DNA of 64,000 nucleotides from positions 1-64,000 of IMG/VR virus record IMGVR_UViG_637000224_000001; one strand, written 5' to 3'. The first letter of the stretch is position 1. Each line of letters opens with the position of its first letter. The DNA comes from a virus (lineage: Duplodnaviria > Caudoviricetes). Position numbers and translations under genes: made by a program. Shown in pieces: positions 37,326 to 46,189 of the stretch. The notes beneath the pieces are model-generated. The model was given only the letters and a program-made list of their open reading frames with translations. It was not told the origin of the DNA and made no database searches.

Positions 37326-37906
37326 GCTGCTTGCCCCTTTTTCAATTCTTTTGTCAGTGCCCGGTACTTGCCTGTCAGGGCTTTCAATTCTTCGATGGTG
37401 TACTTCTGAGGCTCATGAGGGCCTTCGAGCCATTCCACGTTGGCGATGCCGATGCGGCGCACCAGCTCAGCGCGGTAATTCACCAGGTCGCCAGACTTGT
37501 GTGTGTTGCACGGCGCGCACTGTCGCCATACGTTGAGCGGTTCGAATCTGAGGGCCGGGTGACCACCGACGGACCGATAGTGCCCGGCGTGCCACTGGCC
37601 GTTGTGATGCCGTCCGCAGCTCACGCATGGCTCGCCCATGTCGCGGTGACGAACCCACTCGTTGAAAGCCTGCTGGGTATCCTTCATGTGGTCGCTGCGA
37701 GACTTCAGCTTCTCCTTGCGAGCCCTGAGCTCAGACCGCTCGCGCTGCGCAATAGCCTTGCGCGCCCGATCCTGATTCGCCGGAGCGATAGCCAAACCGC
37801 ATGCCCAGCCACAGACTTTCTGGCCAAGTTGAGCAGGCACAAACTGGATACCGCATGCCGGATTGTCGCAGGTCTTCTTTTTGCGCTCCTTGATGGTCTT
37901 GAGCAT
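37322..37906 (-). CDS. ninG: NinG/Rap recombination endonuclease
   Basis: TQQAFNEWVRHRD, CVSC, HAGHYRS, QCAPCN. Confidence 0.9.
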   Translation of the reverse strand: MLKTIKERKKKTCDNPACGIQFVPAQLGQKVCGWACGLAIAPANQDRARKAIAQRERSELRARKEKLKSRSDHMKDTQQAFNEWVRHRDMGEPCVSCGRHHNGQWHAGHYRSVGGHPALRFEPLNVWRQCAPCNTHKSGDLVNYRAELVRRIGIANVEWLEGPHEPQKYTIEELKALTGKYRALTKELKKGQAA

Positions 37907-38304
37907 CAGTAACGCCCTCCCCACCTGTCCGGCTCGGTCCAGCGGACGCCGCGCTCAGCGCCGAACGCATGGATGACCTCGAACAGATCGCTAAACCACT
38001 TGGCCGACTGCTTACGGGTCGAGGTGGCCATGACGACGAATCCGCCATCGAGCCCAGGTTCTGCACGCTGCTTCTCGACCGAGGCGCTGAACAGGCACTT
38101 CCAGTCCTCATCAGTGAGCTTCTTGCCGTACCACTCAACCTGCTCGGATACGTCGCGGAGCATTGCCCACATCTTGCGGTTGAGGACGTCAGGACGCTTC
38201 TCGTCTTTGATGACCACTACCTTCGGCTTGGTCAGGTCGATGGCGTGCAGTGCGCCGTATAGGCGATTGAGGTCTCGAGTACTGCGAATAGCGAACTCAG
38301 TCAT
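37906..38304 (-). CDS. ninB: NinB/Orf recombination protein
   Basis: LNRKMWAMLRDVSEQVEW, DWKCLF, FSDLFEVIHAFGAERGVRW. Confidence 0.9.
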   Translation of the reverse strand: MTEFAIRSTRDLNRLYGALHAIDLTKPKVVVIKDEKRPDVLNRKMWAMLRDVSEQVEWYGKKLTDEDWKCLFSASVEKQRAEPGLDGGFVVMATSTRKQSAKWFSDLFEVIHAFGAERGVRWTEPDRWGGRY

Positions 38305-38394
38305 GGCGCGCCTCCAAGAACGAATACCCACCTCGCCCATTGGGCAGAACTGTTGTGGTGTTGAGCAGGGTTCGGAGTTGCTCCCAGGTGCGGA

Positions 38395-38676
38395 TCATTC
38401 CGTCACCTTCACGCCAGCGGACTCAATGGCTTCGCGGCAATCTTTGATTGCGTGGAATGCCTCTCCTGGATCGTCATACCCGTAGTGGTCCGGCAGCTTA
38501 ATAACCAGCGCCTCGCGGGAGGCCTGCCAGCCGGCTTCGAAATCAGAAAGGCTGACTCGCTCAAGCACTTGGCGAACGCGAGCCCCTTCACCGCCGCCGA
38601 TCATGGCTGTCGCGATCCGGCTCTTGTGTGCCTCAAATGCTGCGAGCAGCTCACCACGGTTCTTGTCGTTGCTCAT
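38395..38676 (-). CDS. Hypothetical nin-region protein
   Basis: 93 aa, overlapping start/stop; CREAIESAGVKV. Confidence 0.7.
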   Translation of the reverse strand: MSNDKNRGELLAAFEAHKSRIATAMIGGGEGARVRQVLERVSLSDFEAGWQASREALVIKLPDHYGYDDPGEAFHAIKDCREAIESAGVKVTE

Positions 38677-39470
38677 TGCCCCGCCCTCCTCAATTCCAGT
38701 TCCTCAGCCTGCCGCTGAAGCAGCGCGAGGCGGTCTGCCAAATCATTGGCAGCCTTGATCTTCAATTCGTGCCTGCGCTTGGCCGAGGCCTTGCTCATTT
38801 CGCGCATGCTGTCTCTCACCGCCTGAAGCTTTTCGCGAACGTCCGGGCTTGGGTTGGCAACCTGGCCGGTGATCAAGCCAGCAATGGCCTGGCCGTCCTG
38901 CGTGATGGGTACCACGTTCAAATCGGCCAGGTACAACTGCCCGCGCTCTTGCGGGATGCGCTGCATCTGCACGGCTTTGGTGATGGCCTCGACTCGGCGA
39001 TTGGCGTCGAAGCCGACTGAAACGCGCCAGCTGACGCCCTTTTGATCATTGCGGGCTTGGCTCACCAGTCGTTCGTATGCGCTGATGAAGGCCATGCGTG
39101 CGCCGATCTTGTCTCCGGCATCCAGGACGGGTTTTGCGGCAGCCAGAGCGAGGTGGATCTCGTCGGTAAGCACGACAGTCTCGTACTCGTCGTTGGTGGT
39201 CATGGCGATAGCCCACGCCTCGTCCTTGCCCGGGCGGCCGTCAGAAGACTGCACGCGCTGAAGGATGTCAGCCATTGCCAACTTTCCCTTCACTTCGAAA
39301 CGGCATGCCTTCAGAGCGGCTTTGACGATCGGCACCGAGTAAGCACTCAGGTCTTCAGCCATGATCGCTGCCGTGCCGGGATTCATTTCCTGACCCATGG
39401 CTTCAGCGGTTGCGCAGATGGCGGCCGCCAGTCCTGCGACCTGCTGATCGTTCATTTCAGAGGTATTCAT
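38673..39470 (-). CDS. Replication-associated protein (P position)
   Basis: Directly after O; GRPGKDEAWA; no Walker A visible. Confidence 0.7.
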   Translation of the reverse strand: MNTSEMNDQQVAGLAAAICATAEAMGQEMNPGTAAIMAEDLSAYSVPIVKAALKACRFEVKGKLAMADILQRVQSSDGRPGKDEAWAIAMTTNDEYETVVLTDEIHLALAAAKPVLDAGDKIGARMAFISAYERLVSQARNDQKGVSWRVSVGFDANRRVEAITKAVQMQRIPQERGQLYLADLNVVPITQDGQAIAGLITGQVANPSPDVREKLQAVRDSMREMSKASAKRRHELKIKAANDLADRLALLQRQAEELELRRAGQ

Positions 39471-40434
39471 TGCGGTCACCTGCTTGGCGTTTGGCCAGAA
39501 CCATCTGGGCGGCCTGCTCCGCTGCGGATAGATTCGCCTCGGTCCTTTCCATCTGGCGCGCAGTTGTGCCGTTGACGCGCTGACCGGTTACCCACTGGGT
39601 GTGATAACTCTCTGCGTTTGCCAGCAGCTCGTTGAGGCTGTGGCATTTGCGCAGGACGGCGGCATCGCTGGTCTTCAGGAAGTGGGCAGCTACGTGGTGA
39701 GCGACATCAGCGCCGAGACGGTCGACCAGTTGGCCGAGCTGACCGCCGACCTTCGCATTCCAAACCGGCCAGGCGCTGTAACGCTTGCGGTAGGCCATGG
39801 CGTAGTTCGCCCAGACCTTGAAGGTTTTGCAGGTCCTATCTTTCGGTCCAGGCATGTCGGCGGGAATCTCAACCCGTGGCGTGTCGGCGCGATCGTCAAC
39901 CACAGCCAAACCGCAGGACTGACCCGGCTCGCCGGGAGGGTCTTGCAAGTCCTGACTTGTACCCTGATTGGTATCCTGATTACTTGTATCCTGATTTGTC
40001 GGAGATTTTTCCGACCCTTGCCCGGATTTTTTTCCGACCTTGATCGGATTTTTTTCCGAGGTAGCTCGGATTTTTTTCCGAACCTTGCCGTCTGGTAGGG
40101 TCGGATATTTTTCCGACCCATCGAGCTTCTGATTCCACTCGACGGCCTTCGCTGTCAGACGAAAAAGTGTGATATTTGAAGTGCTGGAAAGCTCAATCAA
40201 ACCGGCGTCCTCCAAAGCTTTCAGCATGCGGTAAGCGGTATCAGGCTTGTCAGTGAGTAGCGGAAGCTCCTCGATGATCTTCGCCTTGCTCAGCGCGAAG
40301 AAAATCCCGCCATCGGTCTTGATTGGCTTGGTCCAGCTGGGGCACCCATAGACGAAGGCAAACAGCAAGGCCTGCTGAGAATTCAGCCCCCACTCCAACG
40401 CCTTCACCTGATTGATCGTGACGGTGTACTGCAT
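39457..40434 (-). CDS. Replication initiator (O-like)
   Basis: N-terminal wHTH (DTAYRMLKALEDAGLI); internal iterons. Confidence 0.85.
   Translation of the reverse strand: MQYTVTINQVKALEWGLNSQQALLFAFVYGCPSWTKPIKTDGGIFFALSKAKIIEELPLLTDKPDTAYRMLKALEDAGLIELSSTSNITLFRLTAKAVEWNQKLDGSEKYPTLPDGKVRKKIRATSEKNPIKVGKKSGQGSEKSPTNQDTSNQDTNQGTSQDLQDPPGEPGQSCGLAVVDDRADTPRVEIPADMPGPKDRTCKTFKVWANYAMAYRKRYSAWPVWNAKVGGQLGQLVDRLGADVAHHVAAHFLKTSDAAVLRKCHSLNELLANAESYHTQWVTGQRVNGTTARQMERTEANLSAAEQAAQMVLAKRQAGDRNEYL
39999..40116. repeat. Replication origin: five 16-bp iterons TCGGA-N6-TCCGA
   Basis: Copies at 39999, 40022 (CCGGA variant), 40044, 40066 and 40101. Confidence 0.85.
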
Positions 40435-40467
40435 CTCAGGACTTCCCGACCTTTTTGGTCCGGCTCA

Positions 40468-40890
40468 TCAGGCAGCCTTCAGCGATTCGCGAAGCACTTG
40501 AAGCGCGTCGATCGCTTCTTGAATGGCTTTGTCACCCTGGGCTTTCTCGTGCTGGCTGATGTGGTTGTCGATAGTGGCGTCGTAGACCAGGCGCTTTACG
40601 TCACCCGACTCGGCGGCGAGATGTGCCAAGGCCGCAAGCAGAGGTTTAGGCGCTGGCCGCAGGCGTGCAACGACATCGCAACCGAACTCGTCAGCAAGGG
40701 CCTTCAGCGGCCGCAAATCATTCGTGTGCAGCAGAATCCCGAACAGGTGCTCAATTGTCAGGTGATGAGCATCGTTATCTGGGTTGGCTCGCTGGAGAAG
40801 GCTCACGTGAGCAACCCCCATTTTCGCTGCCAAGCTCTTGGCCTCGTTTTCGAGCACTGCGCTCTGGCAGGACCGCAAGAAATTTTCCAT
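40468..40890 (-). CDS. CII-like regulator
   Basis: LAAKMG..LLQRANPD..HHLT; after cro. Confidence 0.75.
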   Translation of the reverse strand: MENFLRSCQSAVLENEAKSLAAKMGVAHVSLLQRANPDNDAHHLTIEHLFGILLHTNDLRPLKALADEFGCDVVARLRPAPKPLLAALAHLAAESGDVKRLVYDATIDNHISQHEKAQGDKAIQEAIDALQVLRESLKAA

Positions 40891-40988
40891 TCGTAAAGCC
40901 TCAGATTTGTTTCAGTGGTGGCGAACTGCGTGGTGCAGCAGAATCCGACTCGCGCTCTGGTCACGGCTCAGCCGTTGGTTGACTTGAG

Positions 40989-41198
40989 TTACGCGGCTGA
41001 TTTTCTAGGCTGAGCAGCACAGAGCTGACGGGCAGTTATCTGTCCACCAGTGAGCTCTTCAGCCAAAAATGCTTTGTTCGCACCCATGGCGTGCGTGCCG
41101 TTGAACCAATAGGAAACGGCGGCCTGGGATACGCCCAGTGCTGCGGCGGTCTTTGCTTGCCCGCCAAGGAACTCGACGAGCTTTTCAATGGGGGTCAT
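40989..41198 (-). CDS. cro: Cro-like repressor
   Basis: GGQAKTAAALGVSQAAVSYW HTH; divergent from cI. Confidence 0.85.
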   Translation of the reverse strand: MTPIEKLVEFLGGQAKTAAALGVSQAAVSYWFNGTHAMGANKAFLAEELTGGQITARQLCAAQPRKSAA

Positions 41199-41212
41199 AG
41201 CGTCAACTCCTG

Positions 41213-41273
41213 ATAAGCATGCTTATATCGTATTGATAAGAAGGCTTATTTGCAAGCATATAAGGGACCTTAT
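41213..41273. promoter_or_regulatory. OR: three ATAAG-N4-CTTAT operators; pR TTGCAA-17-TACGAT (minus strand)
   Basis: Palindromes at 41213-41226, 41236-41249 and 41260-41273. Confidence 0.85.
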
Positions 41274-41285
41274 AAGTTGCTATGC

Positions 41286-41936
41286 ATGACTACACTCGCC
41301 CAAAGACTGAAACTCGCTCGAGCGCACGCCAAGATCACCCAGCGAAAGCTGGCGGAGCTCGCGGGCGTAGAGCAGCCCGCTATATCCCAAATGGAAAGCG
41401 GAAAGACGCTCAAGTCCGCGCATCTCGTCGCGCTGGCCAAGGCTTGCGGCGTGAATGCTGACTGGCTTGCCACCGGTACTGGTCAAATGGCCAGCGAGCA
41501 GTCAAACGTGGAGATAGTCGAACAGCCCTCGCGCATGTACCGCTACCCTGTAGTGAGCTGGGTCGCAGCTGGCGAGTGGTCGGAAGCGGTTGAGCCTTAT
41601 GCGCCAGGTGCTGCTGATGAGTACGACGTGTCTGACTACAAGGCCAAGGGCCCGGCGTTTTGGCTGATGGTTAAAGGGGACTCGATGACGGCACCTACTG
41701 CCCCTTCGATTCCAGAGGGCTCACAGATACTCGTAGACACCCGGGCAGAAGTACTCCCAGGCAAGCTGGTGATCGCGAAGCTGGGCGGCAGCAACGAGGC
41801 GACTTTCAAGAAGCTGGTAGAAGATGGCGGCGTCAGATACCTGAAGCCCCTGAACTCTGCCTATCCGACCGTGCAGTGCTCGGATGACTGCAGGATCATC
41901 GGCGTGGTGGTCAGGTCGCTGACTAAATTTGCATGA
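41286..41936 (+). CDS. cI: CI repressor (HTH + S24 autopeptidase)
   Basis: LAQRLK..ITQRKLAELAGVEQPAISQME; VAAG, VKGDSM, ATFKKL. Confidence 0.93.
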   Translation: MTTLAQRLKLARAHAKITQRKLAELAGVEQPAISQMESGKTLKSAHLVALAKACGVNADWLATGTGQMASEQSNVEIVEQPSRMYRYPVVSWVAAGEWSEAVEPYAPGAADEYDVSDYKAKGPAFWLMVKGDSMTAPTAPSIPEGSQILVDTRAEVLPGKLVIAKLGGSNEATFKKLVEDGGVRYLKPLNSAYPTVQCSDDCRIIGVVVRSLTKFA

Positions 41937-41981
41937 AAGCCGAGTCATATGGCCCGGCGGGAATTCGTAGGGGTACCAGTC

Positions 41982-42221
41982 ATGGGATTGACGAAGCCGA
42001 ATCAACAATTGGCACGCGACCTACAGGGCCTCGCCTCTGACTTGAAGTGGTCGGCCGTGGAGTTGCTGCGGATCGTCGAGCGATTGAGCCTTGCGGGTAA
42101 CGAGCCTGATGCCCAGGCCATCCTGAAGATGATCATTTTGTTCCAGGCCGACGAGGACAAGCTGGCTGGGTATGTAGATGAGGTTAGGCAAGGACGGATT
42201 GTACGGGAACGATCTGAGTAG
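41982..42221 (+). CDS. Hypothetical protein downstream of cI
   Basis: MGLTKPNQQLARDLQG, helical. Confidence 0.65.
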   Translation: MGLTKPNQQLARDLQGLASDLKWSAVELLRIVERLSLAGNEPDAQAILKMIILFQADEDKLAGYVDEVRQGRIVRERSE

Positions 42222-42255
42222 CCGGGTCATCTGGCCCATCATTATGGAATGTGAA

Positions 42256-42564
42256 ATGAATGTCTTTAGAGTCGCGGTCCTGATAGTCGTTTCCCTTATT
42301 GTCTCAAGCTGCGCCAGCAAGCCAGAAACTGAATACGAAAAAAAAATCGAAGCGATCCCAATGCCAGCGACGGAAGCCGAGAGAGCTGAGCAATGTCAGG
42401 CGGTTCAGGATCTCGCAAGATCAGCCTTTATTGAAGACGTGCTTCACGACGCCCAGCGCACAGACCCAGGCCCTGGCTTCCCGGTTTACGATGAGTCGGT
42501 GTATCCAGCTCTCATGCGACGCCATCATGCAATGAATTGCCCTAGCTTTAATTTGCTAAAGTGA
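42256..42564 (+). CDS. Lipoprotein downstream of cI
   Basis: MNVFRVAVLIVVSLIVSS-C. Confidence 0.65.
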   Translation: MNVFRVAVLIVVSLIVSSCASKPETEYEKKIEAIPMPATEAERAEQCQAVQDLARSAFIEDVLHDAQRTDPGPGFPVYDESVYPALMRRHHAMNCPSFNLLK

Positions 42565-42776
42565 TGAGCGAATGGCGAGAACAGGGTTTCCGGAGCAAGG
42601 CCGGGGCCATTGCCTGGCTGGCGCTACTTATGGTTATTGGCGCCTCCGACTCGGCTTGGCTGAGCGGAGGCTCATCCGGCCGCAAGCGGGTCTACAGTCC
42701 GGGTTTCGTCGTATTGTGCGTTTTCGTGGCTGTGGTTGAGCTGATAGCACTGAATCACTTCTATGGTATGCGGTGA
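42561..42776 (+). CDS. Small two-TM membrane protein
   Basis: GTGA/ATGA-type overlap with the lipoprotein gene; two hydrophobic segments. Confidence 0.6.
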   Translation: MMSEWREQGFRSKAGAIAWLALLMVIGASDSAWLSGGSSGRKRVYSPGFVVLCVFVAVVELIALNHFYGMR

Positions 42777-42867
42777 GGTGAAGGCCGGGCAGATTGTGCG
42801 GGAAAAGGTTTGAGTAGGCAGCAAGATGTAATTGGGAGGCCCCTAGCGGTAAACCTCCCAGCGCCTC

Positions 42868-43902
42868 TTATGCGTCGATAAGCAGCTCGTCGTACTCACC
42901 GGCCGCCAAAGCATCCTCGTCGTATTTGTAGCCGAGCGATTCGATCTTCAGGCGCTTCTTATACAGCCCAAGCTCTTGCCGGGCATGACTTAGAGCCTCT
43001 TCCTTGATGTAATCCTCGTACCCACTGAATACCGGGTAGTCGTTAAATATCAGCAGAGCATCAAGCTTTTCATGAAGCGAACTCATGGTCATAGGACGCT
43101 TAGTAAGGGCGGTGCTTTCGGCATAAAGCATGAACTGCTCCGAGAGCAAATGGAGACGATACAGCTCTTCATTATTTAGGTAGTTCTTACCTGTCTTCGC
43201 TTCTTCCGCCGTGGGGTTTGTGCCCTTTATAGCTAGCATGCCCATATTTTCTAAATGGTGGTCCGCGCGATCAAGAATCAGCTTTGAGCTGGTCATGCCT
43301 GTGACTGCGTGGTGGAATTTGTCTTGCAACAAGGCGTAAAAGCTCCTTACCTCCTTGGAGTTTGGGTCATAATCTGATGCGCAAATCTTGAAGCATTCTC
43401 TAACCTTGGCGTATACCTGCTTCTCTTCGGACCGGAGCGCCCGAACTGCGGCGGCCAGTTTGTTCAGCTTTTCAGGAGACTCACGCAGAGCCTTCTCGTT
43501 GATTACATACCCTTGCTCGATGTAGGTTCGCAGAGCCTGCGTAGCCCATTGCCGGAACGCAACAGCATTTTTGGCGTTGACTCGATAACCGACCGAGAGA
43601 ATAGCATCCAGATTGTAGTGTTTTATGCTACGTTCGACGAAGCGGCCGCCCTCCCTTCGAACTACCGAGAAATCCTCGGTAGTTGCCTTTTCATCCAGCT
43701 CCCCAACAGCAAATATGTTTTTTAGGTGAAGTCCGACATTGTCTGCTGTGGTCTCAAACAGGTCTGCCATGTTTTGGGCGGTTGCCCACATTGCTTGCTG
43801 TCCAGGCTCGAACCTAAGCTTTACATTTGATCCATCGCGCACGAAAGAAATTGTATTTTCGGCTGCCGCATCCTTACTACCAACATCTGCATCCTTTGAC
43901 AT
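42868..43902 (-). CDS. RhuM-family protein
   Basis: MWATAQNMADLF..NVGLHLKNIF..ELD; HYNLDAILSVGYRVN; FRQWAT; KTGKNYL..EL. Confidence 0.85.
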   Translation of the reverse strand: MSKDADVGSKDAAAENTISFVRDGSNVKLRFEPGQQAMWATAQNMADLFETTADNVGLHLKNIFAVGELDEKATTEDFSVVRREGGRFVERSIKHYNLDAILSVGYRVNAKNAVAFRQWATQALRTYIEQGYVINEKALRESPEKLNKLAAAVRALRSEEKQVYAKVRECFKICASDYDPNSKEVRSFYALLQDKFHHAVTGMTSSKLILDRADHHLENMGMLAIKGTNPTAEEAKTGKNYLNNEELYRLHLLSEQFMLYAESTALTKRPMTMSSLHEKLDALLIFNDYPVFSGYEDYIKEEALSHARQELGLYKKRLKIESLGYKYDEDALAAGEYDELLIDA

Positions 43903-44003
43903 CTCATACCCTCGGTACGCTAGGCCGGGTTCGGCGAGGTGCCAGTTTGCCACCAAATGGACCGCCATGCCCGCTACCGTCCCTAGCGCCGGGCTTTTTC
44001 GTT

Positions 44004-44276
44004 CTACCCCTTGCACGCCCTCTGCTGCTGATCAGACGCAAGCCGTCTCAGCCTCATCTCCCCTTTCACCTCAAGTACGAGCCCGACGATATCCCGGATC
44101 GTAACCAGTGCAGCAGTATCGATGCCTGTGACGGTGAACGCCTCCGCCTCGCTGCTCGTGTCGAACACCTGGATCGTCATTGACGCGTCAGGCGCGATCA
44201 CGCACACGCACTTCATTGGCAAAAACGCTGCCTCTATGCAAGGCCTCAGATCCATTTGGGAATTCATTCGGTCCAT
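44004..44276 (-). CDS. DUF1652-like protein
   Basis: IEAAFLPMKCVCVIAPDASMTIQVFD. Confidence 0.7.
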   Translation of the reverse strand: MDRMNSQMDLRPCIEAAFLPMKCVCVIAPDASMTIQVFDTSSEAEAFTVTGIDTAALVTIRDIVGLVLEVKGEMRLRRLASDQQQRACKG

Positions 44277-44418
44277 CCTGGTTGCAAGCCAGGAGAATTC
44301 CTGAGGCCTACGTTGCGCCGAGTGTAGTTGGGATATTGGATAGTGCTGGCGTTATGCCCGATCCACCCTAAATGACCTCCTGGCCCTCGCGCAGCCCGCC
44401 CTTCCTGATCCGACCTGA

Positions 44419-44441
44419 CCCGCCACTGAGCGGGGTTTTTT
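44419..44441 (+). terminator. Rho-independent terminator upstream of OL
   Basis: CCCGC-CACTGA-GCGGG followed by T-tract. Confidence 0.6.
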
Positions 44442-44459
44442 ATAGACTCGAAAAATAAT

Positions 44460-44501
44460 ATAAGCATGCTTATTGACCAGAAAGATAAGTGGGCTTATAT
44501 T
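44460..44501 (+). promoter_or_regulatory. OL operators and pL promoter
   Basis: ATAAGCATGCTTAT (44460), ATAAGTGGGCTTAT (44485); TTGACC(44473)-17-TATATT(44496). Confidence 0.85.
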
Positions 44502-44551
44502 TTGCTCATCGAGACGCGAAACAGCCCCTCAACAGGCCCAGCGGATCGATC

Positions 44552-44563
44552 CGCTCTTTAACA
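44552..44563 (+). promoter_or_regulatory. boxA antitermination site
   Basis: CGCTCTTTAACA ~45 nt after the pL start. Confidence 0.8.
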
Positions 44564-44585
44564 GCCCGCGCAACAAGCAACAGAC

Positions 44586-44792
44586 CGCATTGCCTCTACC
44601 GGCGACCGGCGATCAGACAGCCCCGAAAGGCTGCCCACGACAGGGAGAACTCTGTACGGCTGACGATGGCGAAACGCCAGAACCGAGTGAATGACCTGGC
44701 AAGCAATGCGCCCCGCGAATCCCAGCGGCAGAAGGGAGAGACAACTACCGCTTACGCAGCAAGCCGCGACCGACGCCAGTAGCGGGTCGCGG
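44586..44792 (+). ncRNA. Candidate structured leader RNA
   Basis: CGCATTGC/GCAATGCG outer stem enclosing three hairpins; further hairpin at 44764-44792. Confidence 0.45.
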
Positions 44793-44869
44793 TGCAACAC
44801 CGGATTTCACTGGCTGGCCTTGGCGACAGGGCCAGACGGGAAATCACCATATCCAGCAAGGAGCATCAA

Positions 44870-45649
44870 ATGACCGAGCAAACCCTTCAGCAACTGCTGG
44901 CCGAGCGCGTCAGCACCTACGCCCTATCAGATCGCCCTCGCGAGCTGATCGATGAAGGCATCGACAAGATGTTTAAAAGTGTCGTCGAGGATGCTTTCAG
45001 GTCCTACGGCACCATCGGTGAGTCAATCAAAGCGGCGGTAAAAGAAGCCTTTCCGGCAAATGTCACCGACATGTTCGAGCTTCAACGCTACAACGCTTTG
45101 ATCGCCAATGCATTGCGCGAGCGCTGGGAGGCTGCCGGTATGGAGTCGGCAATCATGAAACAGGCCGACGCATCCATCACCGAGGTTCTGACCGGTGACG
45201 GCCTGCTCACAGGTGAGATTTCGCTCAAGGATTTACTCGAAGCGTTCATTGATGAGCACAAGGAAGAGGCCGCTGAAGAGCGGTGGAGCGCGCCTGAGAT
45301 TCGCATCACTGAAGATGACAGCCATTCTCGCAAGTTCTACCACGTTTACTTCGACGCGCAGCCCGAGGGTGGCAACCGGTACAGCTTCAGCAATGAACGA
45401 CGCGGCGATTACGGCCTGAAGCACAACCTGCATGTCATGGTTGAGGGCGAGCGGGAGACTGGCGACCGCTGGAGGCCGAAGGTTGAATTCGGGAAGGTAT
45501 ACAGCGCCCAGCTCGACGAAAAGAAAATCTCGGTGAAGATGGAACTGCGCACGAAATGGGAGCGGATTCTTGCTTCGCTTTATTTTGGCGATGCCGTCCT
45601 GTTGATCGATTGCGAGGAAAGCGATTTCTCGTACGGCTTCGACGACTGA
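44870..45649 (+). CDS. Early hypothetical protein
   Basis: AAGGAG RBS; MTEQTLQQLLAERV, 259 aa. Confidence 0.8.
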   Translation: MTEQTLQQLLAERVSTYALSDRPRELIDEGIDKMFKSVVEDAFRSYGTIGESIKAAVKEAFPANVTDMFELQRYNALIANALRERWEAAGMESAIMKQADASITEVLTGDGLLTGEISLKDLLEAFIDEHKEEAAEERWSAPEIRITEDDSHSRKFYHVYFDAQPEGGNRYSFSNERRGDYGLKHNLHVMVEGERETGDRWRPKVEFGKVYSAQLDEKKISVKMELRTKWERILASLYFGDAVLLIDCEESDFSYGFDD

Positions 45650-45654
45650 ACAAC

Positions 45655-46170
45655 CAGCGCCAGCGTCAGCCTGACGAAAACTGCCCGATCCCTGTCATAG
45701 CGCCAGGCTGCATCGGAGTGTGATCTGCAGCGGAGCAAGGCACCTGACTCGTAATCAGGCGAGCCACTGAGCACCGTCGACATAGCGCGGCGGCAGGCAA
45801 TGCCAGAGGTGACGACCTCGCGTAGATCACACCCCGATGCGGATGAGTACATACCGCGAAAGCGGCCCCCTGCGTCAACCCTTGGGAATCAACACGGCGG
45901 TGCAAGTCCGCGCTGGAGACGTAACCAGCAAAGCAGATGCGGCGTTGAAAGCTGGGTTGAACGCTTCGGCGGCCCTGGAGAAACGCGGTTAAAAGGCACC
46001 AGCTTTGGCTGATTGCTCCTCCGAGCGGTCGTGCCGAAAGGCTCCGCTCTCGCCGGATTCGCGCCCGGCCATCTGCCCCCCTCCATCCCGCGAACCTCTC
46101 CGACTGAACCCTCTCCGGTGCCTGTATGGCCTATATCCGTTCTTGAGTGTTCAGTCGAAGAGGTTCACTG
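45655..46170 (+). ncRNA. Candidate structured RNA cluster
   Basis: Two 17-bp one-mismatch stems, GNRA/UUCG hairpins, anticodon-arm-like and T-arm-like hairpins; no convincing ORF. Confidence 0.45.
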
Positions 46171-46189
46171 CTCAAGGAGCATGAAGATC

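Noticed and set aside
39999-40116. CRISPR-like repeat-spacer pattern
   Set aside because: 16-bp units with 6-19 bp gaps inside the O gene fit iterons
44655-44700. Hammerhead ribozyme (CTGACGA-stem-GAAC); also CTGACGA at 45671
   Set aside because: Core would need GAAA and matching stems I/III with NUH; I could not build these
45728-45822. Intact tRNA-Thr(CGT)
   Set aside because: Only the anticodon arm is canonical; no acceptor stem, D-arm or GTTC T-loop in register
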